Shown here one piece after another: positions 48,641-59,999 of a stretch of 64,000 nt of DNA; the stretch's first letter is position 1; every line of letters begins with the position of its first letter. A program made the position numbers and the translations under genes. The stretch spans positions 139,767 to 203,766 of the forward strand of contig CAKPEI010000002.1 in NCBI GenBank assembly GCA_934149365.1, in the 5' to 3' direction. Origin of the DNA: an uncultured Clostridia bacterium. Its GTDB lineage: Bacteria; Bacillota; Clostridia; TANB77; CAG-465. The notes under the pieces were generated by a model. That model searched no databases. It was not told the origin of the DNA and saw only the letters and a list, made by a program, of their open reading frames with translations.

Positions 48641-49054
48641 ATGGTTAAAAAAAGAAATACCAAACAAAAAGAAATAATAATTAACTTTTTGAAAGAAAAT
48701 AAAGATAGACATTTAACAGCAGAAGATATTTTGCTAGAACTTAGAAAGCAAAGTGAAGAAATAAGTCAGGCTACAATATATAGAAATTTATCAGAGCTGG
48801 TTAAAGAAGGAGAACTTAGAAAATATATTTCGGATGTTGCTAAAAAAGCTTGCTTTCAATATGTTGATAATGTGAATAAATGTAGTAAACATTATCATTT
48901 AATTTGTGATGAATGTGGAAGTATAATTCATTTTGAAGGAACAGAACTGCAAAAACTAAAAGATAAAATATTAGACCAAAATAAGTTTGAAGTAAATCTT
49001 GAAAAAGTAGTTCTATATGGAAAATGTGATAAATGTAAGGAGAATAAGAAGTGA
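48641..49054 (+). CDS. zur: Fur-family transcriptional regulator, zinc-uptake regulator Zur
   Basis: DNA-binding helix ATIYRN and metal sites HYHLICDECG...GKCDKC; first gene of a znu operon. Confidence 0.75.
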   Translation: MVKKRNTKQKEIIINFLKENKDRHLTAEDILLELRKQSEEISQATIYRNLSELVKEGELRKYISDVAKKACFQYVDNVNKCSKHYHLICDECGSIIHFEGTELQKLKDKILDQNKFEVNLEKVVLYGKCDKCKENKK

Positions 49055-49992
49055 AAAAAATAGTGAGTGTGTTTGTAACTTTTATTGCTATTATGATAAT
49101 GATAATATTTTTTTCTGTAAATTTTACTATAGAAAATAAAGAGAGTGATTCTAAAGTTAGCGTTGTGGCTACGCTTTTTCCACAGTATGATTTTGTAAAA
49201 CAAATAAGTAAGGAAAAGGTAAATGTAACTCTTTTACTTCCACCAGGAACAGAGACTCATACTTATGACCCTTCTCCAAAAGATATTATTAATATAAACA
49301 AGAGTAAATTGTTTATATATACAGGAAAATACATGGAGCCTTGGGCAGAAAGTATCGCAAATAGTATTGATAAAAGTGTTATAGTTTTAGATGCTTCTAA
49401 AAACATATCATATATTAAAGAGGACCATGACGGAGAAGGACATGAAGAAACATCACATGAGCATGAATACGATCCTCATATATGGCTAGATATATCAAAT
49501 GCTAAAAAAATGGTGGATAATATACTAGAAGAGTTAATAAAAGTAGATGAACAAAATGCGGACTATTATACACAGAACGCAAGAGAATATAAAAGGAAAT
49601 TAGATGAGTTAGATAGCAAGTTCAAGGAAGTTATAAATAATGGAAAAAGAAATGTTATTTGTTTTGGTGACAAATTTGCATATATGTATTTCATTTCAAG
49701 TTATAATTTAGACTATATAACTGCATATGAAGGTTGTGGTAGTAATGCAGAGCCTAGTGTATCAAAAATATTGGAAGTTGAAGAAAAAATAAAAAAAGAA
49801 AATATCCCAGTTATATTTTATGAATCTTTGTCAGAAGGAACTGTTGCTAAATCTATTGCCAAAGATACTAATACAACTCCGCTTGTGTTTAGTAGTGTGC
49901 ATACTGTATCAAGTGAAGATATACAAAATGGTGCTACATATATTTCGGTAATGGAAAATAATTTGAATAACTTAAAAAAAGCATTAAACTAA
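49051..49992 (+). CDS. znuA: zinc ABC transporter substrate-binding protein (ZnuA/AdcA family, His-rich loop)
   Basis: Lipoprotein-like N-terminus; HTYDPSP; His/Glu-rich loop DHDGEGHEETSHEHEYDPHIWLD. Confidence 0.8.
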   Translation: MKKIVSVFVTFIAIMIMIIFFSVNFTIENKESDSKVSVVATLFPQYDFVKQISKEKVNVTLLLPPGTETHTYDPSPKDIININKSKLFIYTGKYMEPWAESIANSIDKSVIVLDASKNISYIKEDHDGEGHEETSHEHEYDPHIWLDISNAKKMVDNILEELIKVDEQNADYYTQNAREYKRKLDELDSKFKEVINNGKRNVICFGDKFAYMYFISSYNLDYITAYEGCGSNAEPSVSKILEVEEKIKKENIPVIFYESLSEGTVAKSIAKDTNTTPLVFSSVHTVSSEDIQNGATYISVMENNLNNLKKALN

Positions 49993-50010
49993 TTGATAGG
50001 AAGTGTAATA

Positions 50011-50691
50011 ATGAATTTGATAGAAATAACAAATCTTACAGTGTCATATAACGGACATGTTGCTGTTGATAAGGTAAGCCTTAATATAAAAGAAAAAGAA
50101 TTCGTTTGCCTTGTTGGAGAAAATGGTTCTGGAAAAAGTACAATAATAAAAACTATATTAGGACTTCATAAACAAGATAAGGGAAAGATAAAATTAAAGA
50201 TAGACCCTAGTGAAGTTTCGTATTTGGAACAATTCAATATGAGAGATGTAGATTTTCCAGGTACTGCTAAAGAAATAATAATGACTGGAATGCAGAAAAA
50301 AGGTTCAAGACTTTTTTATACTAAAGAAGATGTAGAAGCTTTTAAAGAAATTTGTAAGATACTTGGAATACAAGAAATTGTTAGTAAAAGAATAGGTGAA
50401 TTATCTGGAGGCCAAAGACAAAGAGTAATGCTTGCCAGAGCCATGATAAGCAAGCCTAAATTACTTATACTAGATGAGCCATGTTCAGGACTAGATAAAA
50501 AAATATCAGATAAACTTTATGATGTTTTACTTAAGATAAATAAAGAATATGGCACTACTGTAATAATGTCTATACACAATGCTTACGAACTTGCTGAAAG
50601 AAATGAAAAAGAAAATGTAGATATAAGAGTAGTACATATATCTAGAAGTATAAAATATGATGGAAATTTAAATGATTGGAAGGGATTATAA
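50011..50691 (+). CDS. znuC: zinc ABC transporter ATP-binding protein
   Basis: Walker A GENGSGKST, signature LSGGQRQRV, Walker B LLILDEP. ATG 50011 after AGGAAGTG; the ORF-track start is TTG 49993. Confidence 0.8.
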   Translation: MNLIEITNLTVSYNGHVAVDKVSLNIKEKEFVCLVGENGSGKSTIIKTILGLHKQDKGKIKLKIDPSEVSYLEQFNMRDVDFPGTAKEIIMTGMQKKGSRLFYTKEDVEAFKEICKILGIQEIVSKRIGELSGGQRQRVMLARAMISKPKLLILDEPCSGLDKKISDKLYDVLLKINKEYGTTVIMSIHNAYELAERNEKENVDIRVVHISRSIKYDGNLNDWKGL

Positions 50692-51506
50692 TGCAAGAAA
50701 TATTAGAAATGTTTTCGTATCCGTTTGTTATAAAAGCACTGATATGTGGAATTTCCGTATCTATCTCGGCAGCATTGATAGGGGTCATACTGGTTTTAAA
50801 AAAATATTCCATGATAGGACATGGACTTGGAGAAGTTGGTTTTGCTGCGTTATCTTTAGCACTTGCGTTTAATCTACCTCCGCTTACAGTTTCAATACCT
50901 CTTGTAATTATAGCAGCTTTTATAATAATGACAATAAGTCAGAAAAAAGGTGAGGCAGGAGATATAACAATAGCATTGGTGTCAGCCGGTGCACTTACGT
51001 TTGGAGTTATAGTAACAGCAATTACCAAAGGCTTTAATGTAGATGTGTATGGTTATATGTTCGGAAGTATTTTGGCAATGGACATGCAAGATATAATAAT
51101 TAGTGTTGGGTTATCAATACTTTTAATAGTACTATTTGTAGTTTTGTATAATAGAATATTCATGGTTACGTTTGATGAAAAATTTGCGAAGGTTAAAGGA
51201 ATAAACATAACATTCTATCAGTTTCTTATTTCGTTTATAACAGCGCTTGTTGTAGTAATAGGAATGAGAATAATGGGTACTTTGCTTATATCAAGTTTAA
51301 TAGTATTTCCTGCTATTATAGCTAGGAAATTAACTGGCAGTTTTAAAGGAATGATAGTTATGTCTGCAGTTATATCAGTTATATGTTTTGTGTTTGGAAT
51401 GATGATATCATTTACGTTAAGTCTTCCAACTGGTGCAAGCATAGTAATGGTGTATATTATACTTTTAGTTATAACTAATATGTATGGATATATATATAAC
51501 AGATAA
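50691..51506 (+). CDS. znuB: zinc ABC transporter permease
   Basis: ZnuB/FecCD-type polytopic membrane protein. ATG overlaps the znuC stop (ATAATG). Confidence 0.75.
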   Translation: MQEILEMFSYPFVIKALICGISVSISAALIGVILVLKKYSMIGHGLGEVGFAALSLALAFNLPPLTVSIPLVIIAAFIIMTISQKKGEAGDITIALVSAGALTFGVIVTAITKGFNVDVYGYMFGSILAMDMQDIIISVGLSILLIVLFVVLYNRIFMVTFDEKFAKVKGINITFYQFLISFITALVVVIGMRIMGTLLISSLIVFPAIIARKLTGSFKGMIVMSAVISVICFVFGMMISFTLSLPTGASIVMVYIILLVITNMYGYIYNR

Positions 51507-51523
51507 AAATTTCAAAGTGGTAA

Positions 51524-51565
51524 AATAACTTAGTATCAAAAAAAGGTTACTAAGTTATTTTTTGT
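51524..51565 (+). terminator. rho-independent terminator after znuB
   Basis: Perfect 12-bp stem AATAACTTAGTA...TACTAAGTTATT followed by TTTTT. Confidence 0.65.
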
Positions 51566-51682
51566 TACATAATAGATGATATGTTAATATACAATTAACT
51601 TACATTAAAAAGGTGACATTTTTCATTGACATGAGTTAAATGATATAGTAAAATTTATAATGAATAATTAGGAAAAGAGGTA

Positions 51683-52639
51683 ATGGATATGGGACTTACA
51701 ACTACAACAGAAATGTTTAAAAAAGCATATGAAGGAAAATATGCAATAGGAGCTTTTAATGTAAACAACATGGAGATTGTACAAGGCATTATGGAAGCTG
51801 CAGTAGAGGCAAATTCTCCTGTTATACTTCAAGTATCTAAGGGGGCTAGAAATTATGCTAATCCAATATATTTGAGAAAGCTTGTTGAGGCAGCAATAGA
51901 AGATGCTAAAGCAAAAGGTAAAGAAATTGACGTAGTACTACATCTAGATCATGGTGATAGTTTTGAACTATGCAAAGATTGTATAGATAGTGGTTTTACA
52001 TCAGTTATGATAGATGGCTCTAAATACGACTTTGAAGAAAATGTAGAGCTTACAAAAAAAGTAGTAGAATACGCACATCCAAGGGGAGTAGTGGTTGAGG
52101 CAGAACTTGGAAAACTTGCAGGTATAGAAGATGAAGTTAATGTAAAAGATGAAGATGCTAATTTTACAAGCCCTGATGAAGCTGTAGAATTTGTTAAAAG
52201 AACTGGTTGTGATTCTTTAGCAATAGCAATCGGAACAAGCCATGGTGCATATAAATTTAAAGGCGAACCAAGACTTAGATTTGATATACTAGAAGAAATA
52301 ACAAACAGAATGCCAGGATATCCACTAGTATTACACGGCGCTTCATCAGTTCCACAAGAATTTGTTGAAATGTGTAATAAATATGGCGGAAAAATTCCAG
52401 GAGCTAAAGGTGTTACAGAAGAGCTTTTAAGAAAAGCTGCAACATATGGAGTATGTAAAATAAACATAGATTCTGATATTAGACTTGCTATGACTGCTAA
52501 TATTAGAGAATGTTTTGTAAATAGCCCTGAAGTTTTTGATCCAAGGACATATTTAGGCAAAGGAAGAGAAGCAGTAAAGGCTATGGTTAAACATAAAATA
52601 GTAGATGTTTTAGGTAGTAAAGATGCTATGTTGAAATAG
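51683..52639 (+). CDS. fba: class II fructose-1,6-bisphosphate aldolase
   Basis: GAFNVNNMEIVQGIMEAA..., VILQVS, LHLDHG; a typical FbaA sequence. A TTGACA-N17-TAAAAT promoter lies at about 51627-51655. Confidence 0.9.
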   Translation: MDMGLTTTTEMFKKAYEGKYAIGAFNVNNMEIVQGIMEAAVEANSPVILQVSKGARNYANPIYLRKLVEAAIEDAKAKGKEIDVVLHLDHGDSFELCKDCIDSGFTSVMIDGSKYDFEENVELTKKVVEYAHPRGVVVEAELGKLAGIEDEVNVKDEDANFTSPDEAVEFVKRTGCDSLAIAIGTSHGAYKFKGEPRLRFDILEEITNRMPGYPLVLHGASSVPQEFVEMCNKYGGKIPGAKGVTEELLRKAATYGVCKINIDSDIRLAMTANIRECFVNSPEVFDPRTYLGKGREAVKAMVKHKIVDVLGSKDAMLK

Positions 52640-52654
52640 AAACGAGGAGTTAAA

Positions 52655-53056
52655 ATGGTAGATAAAAAAGCTTGTAAAGTAAGGAAAAGAAAATATAAAG
52701 TAAATGGAGCAGTGCTAGCAACTAGGCTATCAATTTTTGTACTAGTTGTAGGAGCGGTGTTTACTTGCTATACTAAATTTTCAAAGGATAATCTTGGAAA
52801 GGTAGTTGAAAGTAGTAGTTACATTGATAGCGATGGTATATCTTCCATGGTAACTGGTGTCCAAAATGGAGGAGTGTATACATCTGCTGTTACTCCTGTA
52901 ATCAAAGATAGTGTTGTAAATGCTACACTTTCAAAAGATGGCGAAGAAATAAAATTTAAAAGTGGCAAGAAAATTTCTAAAATGGGTAGTTACATACTAG
53001 TTTTAGAAGACAAAGATGGAAACATTGATACAGTATATTTTGATATAGAAAAATAA
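52655..53056 (+). CDS. hypothetical membrane-anchored protein (133 aa)
   Basis: Basic N-terminus, one transmembrane helix, small extracytoplasmic domain. Confidence 0.35.
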   Translation: MVDKKACKVRKRKYKVNGAVLATRLSIFVLVVGAVFTCYTKFSKDNLGKVVESSSYIDSDGISSMVTGVQNGGVYTSAVTPVIKDSVVNATLSKDGEEIKFKSGKKISKMGSYILVLEDKDGNIDTVYFDIEK

Positions 53057-53068
53057 CAAAGGTGACAA

Positions 53069-53335
53069 ATGGAATACATAAAAGAAAAAAACAAAATTTA
53101 TGTACAAAATGAGCAAGGAGAAATTGTAGCAAAAGTAGAATTTGAGGAAACATCAAAAGGAAAGTTTAACATATTTAATACGTTTGTGGACCATAGCCTT
53201 AGAGGAAAAGGCGTTGCGTCAGAGCTGGTTAAAGAGGCTGTGGATGAAATACACAAAAGAGGCGGAGAGGTTTTTGCTACATGTTCTTATGCTAAGAAGT
53301 GGTTAGAGAATAACAAGATTGTGAGAGGAGAATAA
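53069..53335 (+). CDS. small GNAT-like acetyltransferase (PF14542-type, 88 aa)
   Basis: ...VDHSLRGKGVASELVKEAVDEIHKRGGEVFATCSYAKKW resembles the acetyl-CoA-binding segment of minimal GNAT proteins. Confidence 0.5.
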   Translation: MEYIKEKNKIYVQNEQGEIVAKVEFEETSKGKFNIFNTFVDHSLRGKGVASELVKEAVDEIHKRGGEVFATCSYAKKWLENNKIVRGE

Positions 53336-53341
53336 AGGTTA

Positions 53342-55951
53342 ATGAGAAAAAAATATGAAGTCGTAGATAGTATTGAAACATTAGACACAGCTATAAAAAG
53401 AGTAAGAACTGCACAACAAGAGTTTGCAAATTTTTCTCAGGAAAAAGTAGATGAAATATTTAAGGCTGCGGCTATTGCTGCAAATTCAGCTAGAATAAAA
53501 CTCGCTAAAATGGCAGTAGAAGAAACGTCAATGGGAGTAATCGAAGATAAGGTTATAAAAAACCATTATGCAGCAGAGTATATATATAACAAATACAAAG
53601 ATGTTAAAACTTGTGGAGTTATAGAAGAGGATAACTCTTACGGAATTAAAAAGATAGCAGAACCAGTGGGAGTGATTGGAGCAGTAATTCCAACTACAAA
53701 TCCTACATCAACAGCTATTTTTAAAACATTGTTAGCTTTAAAAACTAGGAATGGTATTATAATAAGTCCACATCCTAGAGCTAAAGGAAGTACGATTGAA
53801 GCTGCTAAAATAGTTTTAGAAGCTGCAGTAAAAGCAGGAGCTCCTGAAGGAATAATATCTTGGATAGATGTTCCAGCATTAGATTTAACTAATTACCTAA
53901 TGCAAAATTCTGATATAATACTTGCGACAGGCGGACCAGGAATGGTTAAAGCAGCTTATTCTAGTGGCAAACCTGCACTTGGGGTGGGAGCTGGAAATAC
54001 ACCTGCTGTTATAGATGACACAGCAGATATATTACTAGCAGTAAACTCTATAATTCATTCAAAAACATTTGATAATGGAATGATATGTGCATCAGAACAA
54101 TCTGTAATTGTTTTAGATAAAGTGTATGATGAGGTTAAAGAAGAGTTTCAAAAAAGAGGTTGCTATATATTAAATGATGAGGAAACCGAAAAGGTTAGAA
54201 AAACAATAATAATAAACGGCGCGTTGAACGCTAAAATAGTAGGTCAAAAAGCTTATACAATAGCAAAACTTGCTGGAGTAGAAGTAGCAGAAGATACTAA
54301 AATACTAATTGGAGAAGTGGAAAGTGTTGATATTTCAGAGGAATTTGCTCATGAAAAGTTATCACCTGTACTTGCAATGTATAAAGCAAAAGACTTTGAA
54401 GATGCTATTTTAAAAGCACATAGGCTTATATTAGATGGTGGACTTGGACATACATCTTCATTATATGTAAACGTAGCTAGCGGTAAAGATAAGATAGAAA
54501 GATTCTATAGTAAAATGAAAACATGTAGAGTGCTAATTAATACTCCATCTTCACAAGGTGGCATAGGTGATATATACAACTTTAGCCTTACACCATCTCT
54601 TACACTTGGTTGTGGAACTTGGGGTGGAAACTCTGTTTCAGAAAATGTTGGAATAAAACATTTGATTAATATAAAAACAGTAGCTGAAAGGAGAAATAAT
54701 ATGCTTTGGTTTAGAGCACCTGAGAAGGTATATATTAAAAGAGGCTGTTTACCGGTTGCCTTAGAAGAATTAAAAACGGTTATGGATAAAAAGAAAGTGT
54801 TTATAGTAACTGATACTTTCTTATTTGAAAATGGTTATACTAAAGTTATAACTGATAAATTAGAAGAATTAAAAATTCAGTATACAACATTTTCAGATGT
54901 GGCACCAGATCCTAATTTAGAATGTGCTAAAAAAGGTGCAGAACTTATGAAATCATTTAAACCAGATTGCATAATAGCCTTAGGTGGTGGTTCTGCAATG
55001 GATGCTGCGAAAATAATGTGGGTACTATATGAACATCCTGAGGTTGATTTCTTGGATATGGCAATGAGATTTATGGATATTAGAAAGAGAGTATATACAT
55101 TCCCTAAAATGGGTGAAAAAGCATATTTTATTGCGGTGCCAACATCTGCTGGAACAGGTTCAGAAGTTACACCATTTGCTGTAATTACTGATGAAAGTAC
55201 AGGAGTTAAATATCCACTAGCAGATTACGAATTATTGCCTAAGATGGCAATAGTAGATGCTGATTTGATGATGAATGCACCAAAGGGATTAACATCAGCT
55301 TCTGGTATAGATGCATTAGTTCATTCTATAGAAGCTTATGTGTCTACAATGTCTACTGAATTTACAGATGGACTAGCTTTAGAAGCTATTAAATTAATTT
55401 TTGAATATTTGCCAAGAGCATATGAAAAAGGTGCAGAAGATGTAGAAGCAAGAGAAAAAATGGCACATGCAGCTACTATTGCTGGTATGGCTTTTGCTAA
55501 TGCCTTTTTAGGAATTTGTCATTCAATGGGCCATAAACTTGGAGCTTTTCATCATTTACCACACGGAGTAACAGTTTCACTTGTGTTAAATGAAGTTATG
55601 AAGTTTAATAGCAGTGAAAAGCCTGTTAAAATGGGAACATTTCCACAATATGAATATCCAAAAGCATTAAGAAGATATGCTGAAATAGCTGAATATTTAG
55701 GTATTGATGGAAAAGATGATGAAGAAAAATTAAGTAAGCTTTTAGTTAAAATAGATGAATTAAAAGACAAGATTGGTATAAAGCATACAATAAAAGATTA
55801 TGATATTTCTGAAAAAGATTTTTTAGAAACGTTAGATGAAATGTCAGAGCAAGCCTTTGATGATCAATGTACTGGTGCAAACCCAAGATATCCTTTAATA
55901 GAAGAAATTAAAGAAATCTATTTAAAGGTATATTATGGAGGTGAAAAGTAA
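53342..55951 (+). CDS. adhE: bifunctional acetaldehyde-CoA dehydrogenase / alcohol dehydrogenase
   Basis: 869 aa. N-terminal ALDH domain (catalytic Cys region MICASEQS) and C-terminal iron-containing ADH domain (GGGSAMDAAK, HxxxH motifs). Confidence 0.92.
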   Translation: MRKKYEVVDSIETLDTAIKRVRTAQQEFANFSQEKVDEIFKAAAIAANSARIKLAKMAVEETSMGVIEDKVIKNHYAAEYIYNKYKDVKTCGVIEEDNSYGIKKIAEPVGVIGAVIPTTNPTSTAIFKTLLALKTRNGIIISPHPRAKGSTIEAAKIVLEAAVKAGAPEGIISWIDVPALDLTNYLMQNSDIILATGGPGMVKAAYSSGKPALGVGAGNTPAVIDDTADILLAVNSIIHSKTFDNGMICASEQSVIVLDKVYDEVKEEFQKRGCYILNDEETEKVRKTIIINGALNAKIVGQKAYTIAKLAGVEVAEDTKILIGEVESVDISEEFAHEKLSPVLAMYKAKDFEDAILKAHRLILDGGLGHTSSLYVNVASGKDKIERFYSKMKTCRVLINTPSSQGGIGDIYNFSLTPSLTLGCGTWGGNSVSENVGIKHLINIKTVAERRNNMLWFRAPEKVYIKRGCLPVALEELKTVMDKKKVFIVTDTFLFENGYTKVITDKLEELKIQYTTFSDVAPDPNLECAKKGAELMKSFKPDCIIALGGGSAMDAAKIMWVLYEHPEVDFLDMAMRFMDIRKRVYTFPKMGEKAYFIAVPTSAGTGSEVTPFAVITDESTGVKYPLADYELLPKMAIVDADLMMNAPKGLTSASGIDALVHSIEAYVSTMSTEFTDGLALEAIKLIFEYLPRAYEKGAEDVEAREKMAHAATIAGMAFANAFLGICHSMGHKLGAFHHLPHGVTVSLVLNEVMKFNSSEKPVKMGTFPQYEYPKALRRYAEIAEYLGIDGKDDEEKLSKLLVKIDELKDKIGIKHTIKDYDISEKDFLETLDEMSEQAFDDQCTGANPRYPLIEEIKEIYLKVYYGGEK

Positions 55952-56712
55952 TGGAATACAATTTGAAAAATGAAATAGCAACAAGAAGTAATAAAAATAT
56001 ATACCAAGATAATGATTCTGTTATAAAGCTATTTGAGGAGAACTATTCGAAGGCAAATATTTTGAATGAAGCTTTAAATCAGGCAAGAGTTGAAGAAGGG
56101 ACAGATTTAAATATACCGAAGCTCAAAGAAGTTGTAAAAATAAATGGAAGATGGGCCCTTGTTTCTGAATATGTAGAAGGAAAATCAATACAAGAATTAA
56201 TGGATGAAAATCTAGAAAAAGAAGATGAATATTTAGAGCAATTTGTGGATATTCAACTTGAAGTATTGTCTAAAAAAGTACCTTTACTAAATAGAATAAA
56301 GGACAAGTTTAAAAGGAAATTAAATGAAACACCTTTAATAGAAAATAACACAAAATATGAACTTTTAGAAAGATTAGAAGGAATGAAAAGTCATGCAAAG
56401 CTATGTCATGGAGATTTTAATCCAACTAATGTAATAATAAATGAAAAAGGTGAGCATTATATAATTGATTGGTCTCATGCAACTAGCGGAAATGCTTCAG
56501 CTGATGCAGCAAGAACATTTTTACTATTTTCTATGGAGGGTAAAGCAGAACTTGCAGAAAAGTATTTAAATCTATTTGCTAAAAAAAGTACAATTGAAAA
56601 GGCAAATATTCAAAGATGGATACCAATAGTTGCAGCAACACAGCTTACAAAAGGAAACAAGGAAGAACAAGAATTCTTAAGCAAGTGGATAGATGTTGCA
56701 GATTATGAGTAA
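55951..56712 (+). CDS. aminoglycoside/choline-kinase-like phosphotransferase (APH family)
   Basis: Catalytic loop LCHGDFNPTNVII and IIDW motif. Confidence 0.6.
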   Translation: MEYNLKNEIATRSNKNIYQDNDSVIKLFEENYSKANILNEALNQARVEEGTDLNIPKLKEVVKINGRWALVSEYVEGKSIQELMDENLEKEDEYLEQFVDIQLEVLSKKVPLLNRIKDKFKRKLNETPLIENNTKYELLERLEGMKSHAKLCHGDFNPTNVIINEKGEHYIIDWSHATSGNASADAARTFLLFSMEGKAELAEKYLNLFAKKSTIEKANIQRWIPIVAATQLTKGNKEEQEFLSKWIDVADYE

Positions 56713-56743
56713 AATAGTATTAAGTAAAGAGGAGTAATGAAAA

Positions 56744-58987
56744 ATGGATTTTAAACAAGAATGGAAAGATTTAGGATTTAAAGAAGGAAAATGGGATAAA
56801 TATATTGATGTAAGAGATTTTATTCAGAATAACTATACACCATATGAAGGTGATAGCTCATTTTTAAAAGGAGCAACAGATAAAACTAAAAAATTATGGG
56901 ATGAAGTATTAGAACTTTATAAAAAGGAAAGAGAAAATGGTGGAGTTCTAGATTGTTCAACAGATGTAGCTTCTACTATAACTAGTCACGGCCCAGGATA
57001 CATAGATCAGAGCTTAGAAACAATAGTTGGGCTTCAAACTGATGCACCACTTAAAAGAGCAATTATGCCAGAAGGTGGTATAAGAATAGTAGAAAAGTCT
57101 TGTGAAGCATATGGATTTAAAGTATCTGAAAAAATAGAAGATATATATCATAACTACAGAAAAACACATAACGATGGAGTGTTTGAAGTATATACACCAG
57201 AGATAAGAGCAGCAAGAAAAAATAAATTACTTACAGGACTTCCTGATGGTTATGGTCGTGGAAGAATTATAGGTGACTATAGAAGAGTAGCTTTATATGG
57301 CGTAGATGAACTTATAGCTCAAAAAAAAGCAGATTACAACAATGAAAGAAGCTCTTGGATGAGTGAAGAAGTAATAAGAGGAAGAGAAGAATTATTTGAA
57401 CAAATAAAAGCATTAGAAGACTTAAAGAAAATGGCAATGTCATATGGCTTTGATATTTCTAGGCCTGCAACATCTGCCAAGGAAGCAATACAATGGACAT
57501 ATTTTGGCTATCTAGCTTCAATAAAGCAACAAAATGGTGCAGCAATGAGTATGGGAAGAGTGTCAACATTTTTAGACATATACATTGAAAAAGACTTAAA
57601 AGATGGTAAGATTACAGAAGAAGAAGCTCAGGAAATGATGGACCACTTTGTAATGAAGCTTCGTATGGTAAGATTTATAAGAACACCAGAATATAACGAA
57701 CTATTTTCAGGAGATCCAGTATGGGTAACTGAAAGTGTTGGTGGAATGGGAATAGATGGTAGAACTTTGGTAACTAAGAATTCATTTAGACTAGTACATA
57801 CATTAGAAACAATGGGAACATCACCAGAACCAAATATAACAGTGTTATGGAGTAAAAATCTTCCAGAAGGATTTAAACATTATGTAACAAAAATATCAAT
57901 TGACACATCTTCAATACAATATGAAAATGATGATCAAATGAGAGCAACATTGGGTGACGATTATGGTATAGCTTGTTGTGTTTCTCCAATGAGAATAGGT
58001 AAACAAATGCAATTCTTTGGAGCAAGAGCTAACCTTGCTAAGACATTAACTTATGCAATAAATGGTGGAATAGACGAAGTAACTAAAGCTCAGGTAACAC
58101 CAAAATATGCACCTATTACATCAGAATATTTAGATTATGATGAAGTATGGAATAGATATATGCAAATGATGGATTATGTTGCAAAGCTATATGTTGATAC
58201 ACTTAATATAATTCATTACATGCATGATAAATACTCATATGAAAGTTTAGCAATGTCACTTCATGATAAAGAAGTAATAAGAACTATGGCTTGTGGTATA
58301 GCAGGACTTTCAATTGCAGCAGACTCATTCTCCGCTATAAAATACGCAAAGGTAAAAACTATAAGAGATGAAAATGGAGTAGTTGTAGATTACGAAATAG
58401 AAGGAGATTTCCCAAAATACGGAAATGACGATGATAGAGTAGATAAAATTGCAGTAAGAATTCAGAAAGAATTTATGGATAGATTAAGAAAACAAAAAAC
58501 ATATAGAGATGCAATACCAACAATGAGTATTTTAACAATAACATCTAATGTAGTATACGGAAAAGCAACGGGTAACACGCCAGATGGAAGAAGAGCAGGA
58601 GCTCCATTTGGACCAGGTGCAAATCCAATACATGGAAGAGATGTAAATGGAGCCATTGCAGTATTAAACTCTATTGCTAAATTAAATTACAAAGAGTCAG
58701 AAGATGGTATCTCTTATACATTTGCAATAGTTCCAACAGCTTTAGGAAATGATGAACAGACACGTGTCAAAAATTTAACTGGTTTATTAGATGGTTACTT
58801 TGCACAATTATCACATCATATAAATGTTAATGTATTTAATAGAGAACTATTACTTGACGCTATGGAGCATCCTGAAAAATATCCGCAACTTACAATTAGA
58901 GTTTCAGGATATGCTGTAAACTTTATAAAACTAACTAGAGAACAACAACTTGACGTTATAAACCGTACTATTCATGAAAAAATGTAA
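56744..58987 (+). CDS. pflB: formate C-acetyltransferase (pyruvate formate-lyase)
   Basis: 747 aa. Active-site CC (GIACCVSPM); glycine-radical motif RVSGYAVNF near the C-terminus. Confidence 0.92.
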   Translation: MDFKQEWKDLGFKEGKWDKYIDVRDFIQNNYTPYEGDSSFLKGATDKTKKLWDEVLELYKKERENGGVLDCSTDVASTITSHGPGYIDQSLETIVGLQTDAPLKRAIMPEGGIRIVEKSCEAYGFKVSEKIEDIYHNYRKTHNDGVFEVYTPEIRAARKNKLLTGLPDGYGRGRIIGDYRRVALYGVDELIAQKKADYNNERSSWMSEEVIRGREELFEQIKALEDLKKMAMSYGFDISRPATSAKEAIQWTYFGYLASIKQQNGAAMSMGRVSTFLDIYIEKDLKDGKITEEEAQEMMDHFVMKLRMVRFIRTPEYNELFSGDPVWVTESVGGMGIDGRTLVTKNSFRLVHTLETMGTSPEPNITVLWSKNLPEGFKHYVTKISIDTSSIQYENDDQMRATLGDDYGIACCVSPMRIGKQMQFFGARANLAKTLTYAINGGIDEVTKAQVTPKYAPITSEYLDYDEVWNRYMQMMDYVAKLYVDTLNIIHYMHDKYSYESLAMSLHDKEVIRTMACGIAGLSIAADSFSAIKYAKVKTIRDENGVVVDYEIEGDFPKYGNDDDRVDKIAVRIQKEFMDRLRKQKTYRDAIPTMSILTITSNVVYGKATGNTPDGRRAGAPFGPGANPIHGRDVNGAIAVLNSIAKLNYKESEDGISYTFAIVPTALGNDEQTRVKNLTGLLDGYFAQLSHHINVNVFNRELLLDAMEHPEKYPQLTIRVSGYAVNFIKLTREQQLDVINRTIHEKM

Positions 58988-59009
58988 ATATAAATTATGA
59001 GGTAATGAT

Positions 59010-59747
59010 ATGGGGAATGATAAATTAAAAGGAAGAGTTCATTCATTTGAAACATTTGGAGCAGTGGATGGACCAGGTATCAGATTCATCGTGTTTATGC
59101 AAGGATGTCCTTTAAGATGTAAGTATTGCCATAATAGAGATACTTGGGACACATCAAAAGGTACAGAATATACAGTATATGAAATAATGCAAAAAGCTAT
59201 AAGGTGTAAACCATATATGGATGCAACAGAAGGTGGCGGAATTACTGTATCAGGTGGAGAGCCGCTACTTCAGGCTAAATTTGTAACTGAGCTGTTTAAA
59301 GAGGCACATAGAAATGGTATGTCTACATGTTTAGATACATCTGGAAATATGTATATTGATGAAGATGTAAAAGCATTATTAAAAGTTACTGATGTAGTTT
59401 TACTTGATATTAAACATATAGATGAAGAAAAATGTAGAAAACTTACTGGATTTTCAAATGTAAATGAATTGAATTTTGCAAGATATTTATCTGATAAGGG
59501 AATTAAAATGTGGATAAGACAAGTATTAGTTCCAGGATATACAGATAATGAGGAAGATTTGATAAAAACTAAGAAATTCATAGACACACTTAAAACTGTA
59601 GAAAAGGTGGAAGTTCTTCCATATCATGATTACGGAAAAGAAAAATGGATAAGTTTAGGACTTAAATATCCTTTAGAAGGGACTAAAGCTCCCACAAATG
59701 AGGAAGTAGAAAAGGCACGAAGTATTTTATCACTAAAAAATAATTAA
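59010..59747 (+). CDS. pflA: pyruvate formate-lyase activating enzyme (radical SAM)
   Basis: CPLRCKYCHN radical-SAM cluster motif; 245 aa; immediately 3' of pflB. Confidence 0.9.
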   Translation: MGNDKLKGRVHSFETFGAVDGPGIRFIVFMQGCPLRCKYCHNRDTWDTSKGTEYTVYEIMQKAIRCKPYMDATEGGGITVSGGEPLLQAKFVTELFKEAHRNGMSTCLDTSGNMYIDEDVKALLKVTDVVLLDIKHIDEEKCRKLTGFSNVNELNFARYLSDKGIKMWIRQVLVPGYTDNEEDLIKTKKFIDTLKTVEKVEVLPYHDYGKEKWISLGLKYPLEGTKAPTNEEVEKARSILSLKNN

Positions 59748-59779
59748 TATATTAAAATATGTAGGTGGAGGTAAGATAT

Positions 59780-59953
59780 ATGAAAGAGTATTTAATGGTT
59801 GTTTTAGTAACAATAGTATGTGTACTTGCAATAGTGGGAGCTTGGTTTTGGAGAAAATCACAAGAGCCAAGTAGAAGTGAAGTAGAAAATAAAATTGAAA
59901 AATACGTTGATATATATAAAGAGAAAGTAAATGTATATAGCGACATAGACTAA
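59780..59953 (+). CDS. small membrane protein (57 aa, MKEYLMVVLVTIVCVLAIVGAWFWRK...)
   Basis: ATG after a GGTGGAGG site; the ORF-track GTG 59765 lies inside the ribosome-binding site. One transmembrane helix. Confidence 0.35.
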   Translation: MKEYLMVVLVTIVCVLAIVGAWFWRKSQEPSRSEVENKIEKYVDIYKEKVNVYSDID

Positions 59954-59960
59954 AACAAAA

Positions 59961-59999
59961 AAAGTACAATTAAGCTCAAAAACTTAGTTGTACTTTTTT
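59961..59999. terminator. bidirectional terminator between the small protein (+) and the Smr gene (-)
   Basis: AAAGTACAATTAAG...CTTAGTTGTACTTT followed by TTTTT. Confidence 0.55.

Noticed and set aside
50672-50872. ORF 50672..50872 (+)
   Set aside because: It is out of frame and fully overlapped by the znuC 3' end and the znuB 5' end.
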